A DNA stretch of 64,000 nucleotides from Cirrosporium novae-zelandiae (Eukaryota). Location of the stretch: NCBI GenBank assembly GCA_026023565.1, contig JAPETS010000012.1:248001-312000 (forward strand), in the 5' to 3' direction. This document shows, piece after piece, positions 53,682 through 64,000 of this stretch. How positions within the stretch are numbered: the first letter of the stretch is position 1; every line of letters starts with the position of its first letter. Both the position numbers and the translations under genes were made by a program. The notes beneath the pieces were generated by a model, which saw only the letters and a program-made list of their open reading frames with translations, made no database searches and had not been told where the DNA came from.

Positions 53682-55970
53682 ATGACAGGCATCGCCACCG
53701 GAGTCAGCGAGGCTCCGCTTTCTGAAAAGGTACAGGAGCGAAAGCAGGCAACCTCCGCTATGACCCGCCCTAGCGAGTCTTCAAGTGATTCCGACAATGA
53801 AGTTGAGCGAGGAATAGCAAAGCCCGTGTACGACCACACACGTCGGAAATTGAAGCCAAGACACATTCAGCTAATTGGTATCGCCGGAACCATCGGAACA
53901 GCGTATGTCTCCCGATTTTCTCTGGGACGAGGGGAAAAGATTACCTAGCTAAAGCCTCCTGTGGACTAGACTCTTTGTGAATATTGGGAAAGGATTACTT
54001 AATGGGGGCCCTGGAAGCTTGTTTATAGCATTTACATTATGGTCAGTATCATTTATTATCTTGCCACGATATAAAACTAAAAGTTCGAAATGCCAAAACT
54101 TCAAGTCATCTTTCATTTATAGTTAGAGATGCCTGAATGATGAAGATACCAGAAATAGCCATGGCCTGAAGCGAGTTTATGCCACCTCTAATTTTATAAT
54201 GTATACTACGTCACCAAAGTTGGCTTGAGTTGCAGCAACCCAAAGTTCAAAAGTACTAATTTGAGATGAGGACTAACTATGATGTATCCAACTCACCAAG
54301 CTCCATCCATTGCCTTTGAGGTCTTACAAATCAAGTCTAGAGTCGAAATTCTGACATTCTTAAAAACTAGGTGTCCGGTCATTTTACTGGTTACATTCTG
54401 TAGGAGATCCCCTATTCTTACACTCCAAGCTATGCAGCTAGATTTTTTTTCCTAATGCTAATAGGCAACTTAGGTATGTCAGAGATGGTCACCTATTTAC
54501 CCATCTCTTCGCCTTTTATTCGGTTCGCGGATCGTTATGTGGATGAAGCTTTTGGCGTCGCTGCTGGATATAACTTCTTTCTATTCCAGGCCTCTCTAGG
54601 TATGTACTCTGTGCTATGGAACTTCAAACCCTATCTTCCCTAGGGTAAGCAGTGCTAATGACTATAAGTTCCTTATGAGATTACGGTCTGCAATACTATC
54701 ATCCACTACTGGACTGATAAAATCCCAGTCGTTGCCGTTGTTGCCATCTTTCTAGTTTTATACGCGTTCGTACCCCTCTTTGCATTACCCCTAAAGTCCT
54801 TCCTAATAATTTCCTAGTCTTCTCAACTTCTTCGCTGTCTCCTACTACGGCGAATCTGAATTCTGGCTCTCTATTGGTAAAGTCATTCTCATCACAGGCT
54901 TAATTCTTTATACCTTTATTACAATGCTTGGTGGTAATCCCGAGCATGACCGTTTTGGCTTTCGATACTGGCAGAATCCGGGAGCTTTTGCTGAGTACAT
55001 CGCCACAGGCGACGAAGGCAGGTTTCTCGGCTTTGTCGCCTGTCTAGTGCAAGCAGCTTTCACAATTGCAGGGCCTGAGTACGTTAGCATGACGGCCGGT
55101 GAGGCTGAAAATCCGAGAGAGGTACTACCAAAGGCGTATCATTCGATTTTTTATCGCTTGACTGCGTTCTTTGTTTTGGGCTCCCTTGCCGTTGGCATCA
55201 ACGTCCCTTATAATGATGCCAATTTGGAAGCAGCTTATGCCAATTCTGCTCCCGGAGCCGCAGCATCTCCTTATGTCCGCGCAATGACTCGTTTGCACAT
55301 CAAAGTTCTACCTGATATCGTAAATGCCATTATTCTCACATCCGCTTTTAGTGCGGGGAACAGTACGCTCTTCACCTCGACACGTTCTCTCTACGGCCTG
55401 GCACTTGAAGGCAAAGCTCCCCGTATTTTGACCAAGTGCACCCGCTCAGGAGTTCCTTATCTCTGTGTTTCGGTCGTCTTTGCCATCAGCATGCTTGCAT
55501 TCCTCCAGGTCTCAAATTCTTCTGCCGTCGTCCTAAATTGGTTCGTGAGCCTGGTGACAGCGTCACAACTAATAAACTTTTGCGTCATCACATTCACATA
55601 TACGCGCTTCTACGCAGCATGCAAAGCCCAAGGCATCTCCCGCGACTCCCTCCCTTACAAAGGAAAATTCCAGCCATACTCAGCATGGATAGCGTTTTGG
55701 GCCTGCTTTGTCATGACGTTGGTAAACGGGTGGACTGTTTTCACCAAGGGAAACTGGGGTGTTGCAGACTTTCTCTTTGACTATATGATGGTAGGAGTAT
55801 TCCCGGTTTTGTTTATTGGATGGAAGGTCGTTAAGAAAACAAAATGGAAGAAGCCAGAAGAAGTTGATCTGGTCAGCGGGGTGGACGAGATTGAGGAGTA
55901 TACGAGAAATTACGTGCCAGACCCAAAAAGAAGCAAAGCTGGGTTGATTTTGGATAAGGTTTTTGGATAA
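53682..55970 (+). CDS. Amino acid permease, APC/YAT family (Agp2-like), multi-exon
   Basis: RKLKPRHIQLIGIAGTIGTA, EMVTYLPISSPF, YGESEFW, GFRYWQNPGAF, GPEYVSMTAGEAENPR, SAFSAGN and LPYKGKFQPY motifs. Confidence 0.93.
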
Positions 55971-56329
55971 ATTCACGGGTATGGCATAACGTAGCAATCT
56001 AAGAGGTCTTGTGTAGTCGGTCATATATTGTTGATATTAGAATGCAAAGAGCTCAGAGACCTTTTACAAGTTAATATTGTCTTATATAAATTTCCAATTG
56101 ATCCTAAGTGTTGACTTGGATATCCCCCATTCTCACAGAAACACCAGACACTCATTCTTCCCCCGCATGAAATATCGAACACAAATTCCAATTAGTGACT
56201 ATTCTATCACCATCCAAAACTTACACTTTCAAAAATCCTTTGACCTCTCTCACAATTTCTAACATGGCAAACTTCATGACCTAGAATCGAGTTTGTAATG
56301 AAAATTTCGCCAAACAACCAATAATAAGC

Positions 56330-56441
56330 GGGCGTATGGTCTAGGGGTATGATATTCCCTTCGCATTCATAGTTATTTGCTATTATATAGCTTGAAGGTG
56401 TTGATTGGGAATGGTCCTGGGTTCAATTCCCAGTGCGTCCA
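56330..56441 (+). tRNA. tRNA-Ala(CGC) with a 40-nt intron (56366-56405)
   Basis: Acceptor GGGCGTA/TGCGTCC-A with the G3:U70 alanine identity pair, anticodon stem TTCCC/GGGAA with loop TT-CGC-A|T, T-arm CTGGG-TTCAATT-CCCAG, and downstream T-runs as a Pol III terminator; mature length 72 nt. Confidence 0.93.
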
Positions 56442-56736
56442 AATTTTACTTTTTGGTTTTTTGGAGGATGGGATAGGAAAGTGGAGGGGTTGGTTCTCGT
56501 CGTTTTCGTGGTGAGTTGAATGGTGTGGATAGGAAGCCCCGGAAGGTTCGGAAGGTACAAGTCATTCCTATCGCGGAGGACCTGTTTCCGTGCAGGTGCT
56601 GTGCTCTGAAATACTCAGAAGGGCTCACGCGTACACTGCTTATAAATAGCTTAATAACCATAGGCTATTCCTAAAGGAGCGTATGCTGAAGCATGCACGG
56701 CCGCTACTTAATTCACAACAATATCACACGAAATTT

Positions 56737-58012
56737 TTATTTCTCTGCAATTTCAGGCAATAGACTCGCGCCACAATGAATCAAAGCCATTGCGAGATTC
56801 ACATGGCTATTATGGAGGGCACAGGATAGCGGAGTCTGGCCGGAAATTGATCGAGCATCTATATTTGCCCCATGACTGACCAGAAGCATCGATGCAGCGT
56901 CGTGTCCATGTTCCGCTGCATGGTGTAAAGAAGTAGCTCCTTCTCGATCACACAAGTTGATGGATGCCCCTGCGTTCAACAGAGCTTCAATTATAGGAAC
57001 ATTTCCGCTCATTGAAGCATTATGGAGGGCCGAATAACCGTGAAGTGTGTCAAGATGGTTAATATCTAAACCTATATGCAGCAAGGATTGCAGTTTGGGA
57101 AGATTCTCCATGACTGCAGCTCTAGGTAGAGCATCTGGGCTTTTGAAGAGCCGTGGTAACCGACGACTAGTGGATGTTTTGGTATCTAGTTGAGAATCGG
57201 GGAATACGTCGAATTCACTATCCCGAATTTCAACGCTCTTGATGTCGTCCTTTCGATGCTGCTGCTTCTGCAGGGGTCCCTTGCTTTCCCCCTGTTTGGT
57301 CAGGGTTACTCCGGTCGGGAGTACCCTAACCTGCTGTGTGGGGAATAGTGAATCCGTGAGGTAATCACCACTTGACGTGAATGTCTCCTGCTTTGAAATA
57401 TCTTTAATCCAATATCTCGGAGGAGGATGTTGCAGTGCCTCGTCTTTAATTTGATAGGAAGGACACAAAATACTGGAGGCGGTACCAGGATAAGGACTGC
57501 GCCGAAAATGGCTGGCCTCTAGATTGTGTTCAGCAGAATGAATACTTGGTTGGAAGCAGCTAGCACTAACATTAGCTTCATATTTTTCTTGCTTCGCTGC
57601 GACAGGTGATGACTTACGTCTGCATGCTTATTTTAACTGCAGTCAATAGTGTGACGTTAGATACTAGGCGCAACCTGAGCGAATCTATATCCTGAACACC
57701 CCATCGAAAACGATCCCATAGCCGTGGTGTCTTCGTCCCCAGCGACGAAGATGTTGACAGGATTCTAAATATCTCATCCAAAATTCCTTTACAACTTCTA
57801 CCGACGCTGGTAAGTCCGGAGACCTGTTCTGTCGTTAACTTGTCTTTACCGGCCGCGAGCGTCTCACTCAAATCCTGGAGAAGTTGGCAAAGAGAATATA
57901 ATTCAGCAGAAAGATTTCTAAACTGTGTCGGCGAGTCCTTGCAAGTTTGATAGACATTCCATGCAAAAGTGGGCACGGTGATAAGGTCTCCTAAACTGAA
58001 ACCGAAACTCAT
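56737..58012 (-). CDS. HeLo-like/fungal STAND N-terminal-type helical domain + ankyrin repeat protein (two exons, no NTPase domain)
   Basis: MSFGFSLGDLI...VYQTCKDSPTQFRNLSAEL...LWDRFRWG...LRLRL N-terminus. An intron at ~57561-57617 joins in frame to a linker and ankyrin repeats (GYSALHNA, GATSLHHAA, GQTPLSCA). Confidence 0.8.
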
Positions 58013-58389
58013 CCTGACAAGATATACTTGCTGTGGATTATTAACTATCAGATAAGGATTACTCAGTAACCTTTGATAAAAGCCTACTGTATGTAATTAT
58101 TATATGCTTTCCCATCGCCCTCTAATCCTCCATGGCCCGTTGTTGGCAATTCTCTATTGGCTTCTCCTACCCCACTTCGCCTGCAGGGATATGGTGTATA
58201 AGGCAGCGCCATCTGCCTCATCAACCTGCCGTCTCTCTAGCCTTGTCAATTCCTTCCAGCCTTGCCACATTGTCTGCAGGAAAGAGATAAATAGGCAGAG
58301 GTGTACGGCTCGCCAATGCTGATTTAGGTTTCACATGTTGCTATGAGTAAGATATTGCATTCACCACCGGCTCTTATATAAGCTCTGCG

Positions 58390-60775
58390 ATGGCTACAAC
58401 ACTACTTAACGCGATCGAACCTCACGAATGTCACGATACCAAGGAACTGTCTTCTTTGGAAACACTGATATGTCGTCTTCGAGCGATCTCTACTGGACTG
58501 GAACGGATTCGCAGGCTCACAAAGTGTTGCCCCGATATGATACTTGCGTTGAAGAATGAGATCTCTGACCTTACACTGGTTCTCCCAGAAATCGAAGGAA
58601 TTGACAGAGATCTGGAACGAGGCAATACATGTCAATATTTGAGTATAACTAATATTCTGTTTCGTTTTCACACAAAAATCGAACAGTTCGAAACCGCTGT
58701 TAAGGAGTGCCTTGATACCTGTTCTACGACGTCTCATCGCCTGGCTCTAAATCGTATGAAGAAGCGAAGATTCTCTCGCTTATCGGATTTCCAAGGTGAC
58801 CTTCGGTCTATGCGCAATGATCTCAGTTCGGCCTTATCCGTTGCTTCTTCGTAAGTTTAGTGCTATCCATGAGCCTACCAAAATAATGCTGTTACAGGTC
58901 CGGTATTATAAGACTTGAACTTGCGCTTCTCGACATCACAAGAAACCCCAGAGCCGTTTCGGTCGCCCGGGAAAGAGTCAGTATTGATGAGATCAATACC
59001 GTTCTTCATAGAACTCGGGAGATGAAACAAGAAGGCTTCGCTGGTAGCGGGTTTTTTGAAACAGGACATAACCGTGCTCTAGAAACATCAAATACCGCAG
59101 CTGACCAGCAAATCGTATCATTGATGAGCAGTATGACGGGTCATAGTTTTAACATAGCCCAGACAGATGGGAAGAATGCGACTATCTCGCACATTGGCGT
59201 GACTGTTCGTCGGTACAGTCCAGGGTCATGTCGATCATGGTGTAGCTGCGTTTGCCACCAGAAATGTCGCTTCAATACGCCTCAAATTTTGAGAGATATT
59301 TTCGGGACCCTGTTCCTGGGATATTCTGGAGTCCCATTCGGACTACTGAAATGTTCTAAGGCTTCATGTAAACGGAATACGACCTTTAGCTTTCAGGCGA
59401 CGTATTATTTTCCTTCTTGGTATTTTTCACATTCAGTCTCTCTTGGACTAATTAATAATCTCTCTGGAACATCCCTTTCTATAACCATGAGACCTATTGT
59501 TCGAAGGTCAGAACTCTACATATTCGCCGCCCAGGGGAATGTTATGGCAGTGAGGAGACTACTTTCAAACCGGCAGGCTCACCCAAACGAGATTCATGAG
59601 AGGTTTGGAAATACGGCTCTTCATGTAAGATCTCAGTGATTCAATGATATCGTAAGTCACTGAAGCGACAGCTAGTACGCAATTGAGTTTGGGCATCCAG
59701 ATATCTGTGAAGCTCTCTTGACAGAAGGGGCAGATCCATATATTGAAAACAGTGTTGGAAGGTAAGAGTTTTTAGATTTTTTGGTGCTCAGAAGCTAAAA
59801 AATTTCATCCATAGCTCGGCCGTCGATAAGGCGTGGGCTCTCATTTTGACCAGCCATAATAATTCATCCCTCGCAAGTCGACTCAGAAGCCTCTTCGGTG
59901 ATGGGGATGTAGTAGAGGAGATGGGTTTCTCAATTCTTCACAAAGCTCTACTTGATCTCATTCCTCTAAGTTTCCAGTCGCTGCTTGAGGAGCCTAGTAC
60001 AGATGTTAATGCTGTTGACTCCGGAAATCGGACAGTACTTTCATGGGCTTCTCAGCGAGGGGACCTGGATGCTATTAGGCAATTGCTAGAGCATGATGCG
60101 GACCCTAATATTTGTTCTAAGCTACATGTCACCCCATTGCATTTTGCGTTGCGGGGCAACAATCCCCAGTGCGTCGAGATGCTCATTAGAGGTGGCGCTT
60201 CAATGTCCGCTCGGGACTGGGGAAACTGGCCACCAACTCATACTGCAGCCATGAACCAAGATGACCCCGCCTACATGGTTCCGCTTTTAAAGGCAGGCGC
60301 TGATGTTAACGAGTTGCTGACTAATGAGAGGTATGGGAAATCTGCGCTCCACAGAGCAGCCGTTGGAAATCGCCCCCGCATGGCCTCTTTTCTTCTCGAC
60401 AATCATGCATTCATTGACCGGCAAAGTACTGGAGGCGTCACGCCATTGATCGAAGGAGCAGACTTTCTAAGCATTGACGTTGTGAAAATTTTGCTCCAGC
60501 GCGGAGCTGATTATACGATCCGGGACCATGTAGGACAATCAATCCTACATCGAATAGCAACAAAAGCGGACCTTTCTCTCCTGCAAGCCTTCGCCGATAT
60601 CGAACCTATTGGTCTTAATATGGATGATCGCGATGCTCTCGGTTACAGTGCAATGGACATTCTCGGTGGGAATCGTGATGTTCCAATCACCCTAGAATTC
60701 CGATCTGCTTTTGAAATATTCGCCTCACAGCTCGAGGCCCGTAATACTAAGATTCCCGACAATTTCGGGGATTGA
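58390..60775 (+). CDS. HeLo-like N-terminal domain + Cys/His motif + ankyrin repeat protein (multi-exon)
   Basis: GLERIRRL...PDMILALKNEISDLTLVL helical N-terminus; CRSWCSCVCH...CSKASC; about 8 ankyrin repeats (GNTALH, RTVLSWA, VTPLHFA, KSALHRA, VTPLIEG, QSILHRI); introns at ~58851-58897, 59625-59675 and 59762-59814. Confidence 0.8.
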
Positions 60776-60929
60776 GGGCACCGGATTGTGTTAAAAACAT
60801 ATATTCTCAGCTGCATTATCAGTATAACGGCAATGAATGATGACACTCATGGGCCTTGGAACGTTTCTGGCGATTTCATTAATGATACAAATGATTTTTT
60901 CATGTTTATCGCCTTGAGGGGATGATGCT

Positions 60930-62056
60930 TCAACAATAACCCATTTCCGTTTGTCGCAATCTGATGTAATCCTGAAGCTGTTTATCCGTTTCATCTCCTT
61001 CTACCCCGCATCCGCAGTAATAAAAGGCTTCCCGTAGAGCTATCCTATCGAACTCTGCATCTTTTGGTAGTACGCCAGTAGGGTTGTTGTGTACCCTACC
61101 CAGTTGTGTCAGTTCAAGCAATAGCAGGGTATACGCTTCAGATTAACTTACTTCGCAAATTGCAGGTCAATAAGTACAACAAACCAATTATTATTGTGTG
61201 TCATATCACTGTTTTGATTGGCTTGCTGAGAGCATATGAGAACTTGGTCACTTTTGATGCTCCCATGAGAAACGTCCAACGAATGTAAAGTCTCCAGCGC
61301 CAGTGAAGCGCTTTTCCGAAGAACGTCAATGGATTCAGCTCTTATTCTGGAATCCATATACTTGAACACCGGAAATGGCAGGTACTCCATAATCATGAAC
61401 AAGCCGGTAGAAACGATAGCACCATCGTCTTGATACAAGCCGAAGACATATGGAAGTATTTCACCTTGAGCCTCTCTCGCAGCTGCGTAAGCGTGCACTT
61501 CGTTGAAAAACCGAGGGGTATTTTCATAGCCTGAACGCCGAGGGTCACGGGTGATGTCTAATGTCGAATTAAATTTTGCAATAACCATATAACCTTCATT
61601 GTTTTCCGTCTCATTCGGTCGTTTGCCGGCATAACTTTTCCTGTCATGGTCCAGTCGAATAAGCCCAACATTACCACTATTCGAAATCTCAGAGGCTCCG
61701 TCCACTATTGTACCCTTGAGCAACGAGTAGTCCTGAATAGGGGGGATTGGACGTTTCACGCCGTTCTGGGGACGCTTAGGGTGCTCCCGCCGGGCGCTGC
61801 TCCTACGCTGGCGACATTCTGGCAAAGCCTCTCTTGGTAAATCTCCTTGGTCGTTTGTGGCAAGGTTATTCAGACCGCCTTTGTCGTTTTCATAAAACCA
61901 AGCGCAGTCTTGCGTTGATACCTGTCGCATAGCGTCTGCGGAATGAAGATTAAGCTTTGAATCGCAGTATATTGACGTTGCATCAATCCGTCTCAAACTG
62001 ATTTCTCTCCCGCTAGGGAACAGTGCTCCCTTCTCATAGTATCCGATTCGAGGCAT
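60930..62056 (-). CDS. Divergent protein-kinase-like protein, predicted pseudokinase (two exons)
   Basis: VIAKF (beta3 Lys), FFNEVHAY (alphaC Glu), QGEILPYVFGLY, MIMEYL hinge, LETLHSLDVSHGSIKSDQV catalytic loop, VLIDLQFA; an intron at ~61097-61151 joins the 60930-61121 ORF frame. Confidence 0.7.
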
Positions 62057-62663
62057 GATTTGCTGCTTCCTGTCGTCCGATGTTGATATCCTAATAAAAG
62101 CCTCTCTCTCTACTAGTACACAAAAGCATAGAATCAAAGACCGCAGAAGGAAGGTGACCTTGTGCTTATTGCAAAAGAGGGCGCAGTTTTGGGGTGAAAG
62201 GGGGGGGGGTCATCCTAAGGTTTCTCTGTTGCTTAGATTATATTTTTTACGATGCAGCCTCATCCAGTTCACTGCGGCGGCACGCCATCCCCCCCCCTAC
62301 AGAGATAATAGGATGTTGTAACTTGCCCCACCTTGGAGAGGTTGTTGGCTCCTCGACCTTATCTGCTGTGCATTGGGCACCCTTACAGGATCTCGGTTGT
62401 ACAGCCGCATTACGATAGGTGATTCTCTTCTTAATCGATGAATAATTAATCCAAGAGGAGGGAGGATCTTTGATTCCTGTTAATTAGCGAACCGACCACC
62501 CTATGGGGGTTGAACGGATGCGGCTCAGACGACGTCACGATAACCCAGTCAGCCAGACGGACAAATGAGAACCCTGGGGTTCTTTAATAGACTATCACAT
62601 GAAAATTAATTTCCAGTTTTGGGAAACTTCGTCTTGGTCTTCGCTAACTTGGTCGCCCTCAGT

Positions 62664-64000
62664 TCAGAAAAGCAATGATTGGTTCATGAGTTCCTTCACC
62701 ACCCTCTGCGTTCCTTCTCCCACTTTATACCCTCCCACATTGGTCATACTCATATACGTCTCTGCCCGCCCCCCACCAATAACAGCCCACGCTGTCACAT
62801 AATTATATTTATTACTCCCGACATGTGTCAGCGTATATCTGGACCCATCTGGCGACCTATTAGGAGACCTCCAAGCGCCAGGGGTGTAAGGCTCCTCCCC
62901 CTCAGCCTTGAGATAAGGCATATGGAGGAAACGAAAATCTTCGGGCGAAAGGCCTAAGGGGGTCTCCTTTCCGCACGCGCCATCCACATGCACCCTTAAA
63001 AACTTATTGTACTGCTCCATGGGACAGTGGACCCTCCCCGCGGAATTAATGGCGGGAGGGCTATCCCGATGCCGTAGGTCCAGCTTTGTCATGGGGAGGG
63101 CAGGCGCGCCCGCAACGGGGTTCCGCTGGTGCGGCCACGGGTTCTCGATCGAGAACCGGCTGCTTTCGTCGTTGGGCCCGAAGCCGCAGTTGCCCATGTC
63201 CAGGGGTGCGAAAAGTCGGCTTCGGATGACAGCCTCCCACGTGCTGTTCGTGATGACATCGATGATCGCTCCCGCGATCACAAAGTTGATGTTGTCGTAT
63301 GCGAATGTTCCCAGCTGGCCTGCTGGCGGCTTGCTCATCGCTCGTTCTGTTATCAGCCACCGCCCTTCCCGCTCAGTGAGCAAGGGGTCATATAAGCTTT
63401 CGTAGAATGGAGCATCCTGGACGTAGTCCCCGACGAGGCCAGACCGATGCGCCGTCAGCATCTTCAGTGTCGTGTTCCGATGCGCATTATCCATTCCAGC
63501 TGAAAGCTCCGGCAGCGCCTGCGCCAGCGTAGTATTCCAAGACAGAACCCCATCCTTAGCTAGCAGTGCCACCAGCGTCGCCGTCATGGCCTTGGTGTTT
63601 GACCCAAGGTGGAACTGGTCTGATTCTCGGATTGTGGGAGGGGAGCCATTTCGTCTTAGGCCTGTCACGCCACAGGCGAAGCTTCCGTTCTTGCTGTGTG
63701 CGGCTGCGAGGCATGGGAAGTTGAGTTGCTTTCGGAGAGCTTCGAGGCGGGATGGGTTTACCGTTTGATGAGGGCGAGGAATTATTGAGAGGGGGATCGA
63801 GAGTCTTTTTTGGGGCGGAGGGTGGAGGGGGGGTTGGTTAGTGCATGCCTGAGAGAGTGGGGGGCGACTGGCTACTTGGGGGGATGGGCGGTAGTAATGG
63901 TGGTAATGGTAATAGCAGCAGTAACAGTAGTAGCATACCTCCAGCCCACCAACTCCCCGAGATTAACCGCACAAAAAACAACTGCGCAAAAGCAAACAAA
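62664..64000 (-). CDS. Beta-lactamase/AmpC-family serine hydrolase, 5' end outside window
   Basis: FHLGSNTKAMT (SxxK), LTAHRSGL, FAYDNINF (YxN), LFAPLDM, THVGS. A probable intron at ~63804-63938 (GTATGC...CACTAAC...AAG) joins an open hydrophobic exon that runs off the window. Confidence 0.88.

Overview
Intron-containing genomic DNA from a filamentous ascomycete (Pezizomycotina-type; short GT-AG introns with CTRAC branch sites). Left to right: a 3'-truncated O-methyltransferase, a Pth11-like membrane protein, a decayed Clr5-domain pseudogene, then conserved genes (TRM1/ARP9 divergent pair, glycine decarboxylase P protein, guanine deaminase). A ~5.5 kb AT-rich gap with a Ty3/Gypsy chromovirus relic follows, then a sugar transporter / P-loop kinase / Zn2Cys6 factor trio, the divergent housekeeping FAS1-FAS2 pair, a Zn2Cys6 factor / class-III aminotransferase / amino-acid permease trio, and an intron-containing tRNA-Ala(CGC). 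Past the tRNA is an accessory-looking block: two head-to-head HeLo-like-N-terminus + ankyrin genes without an NTPase domain, a predicted pseudokinase and a GC-rich beta-lactamase-family hydrolase. The best leads are that HeLo-like/ankyrin pair plus pseudokinase, the two putative catabolic mini-clusters, and a long hairpin with alternative pairing inside a transcription-factor intron. All family calls come from motif recognition by eye, no database searches were run, and exon boundaries were placed manually.
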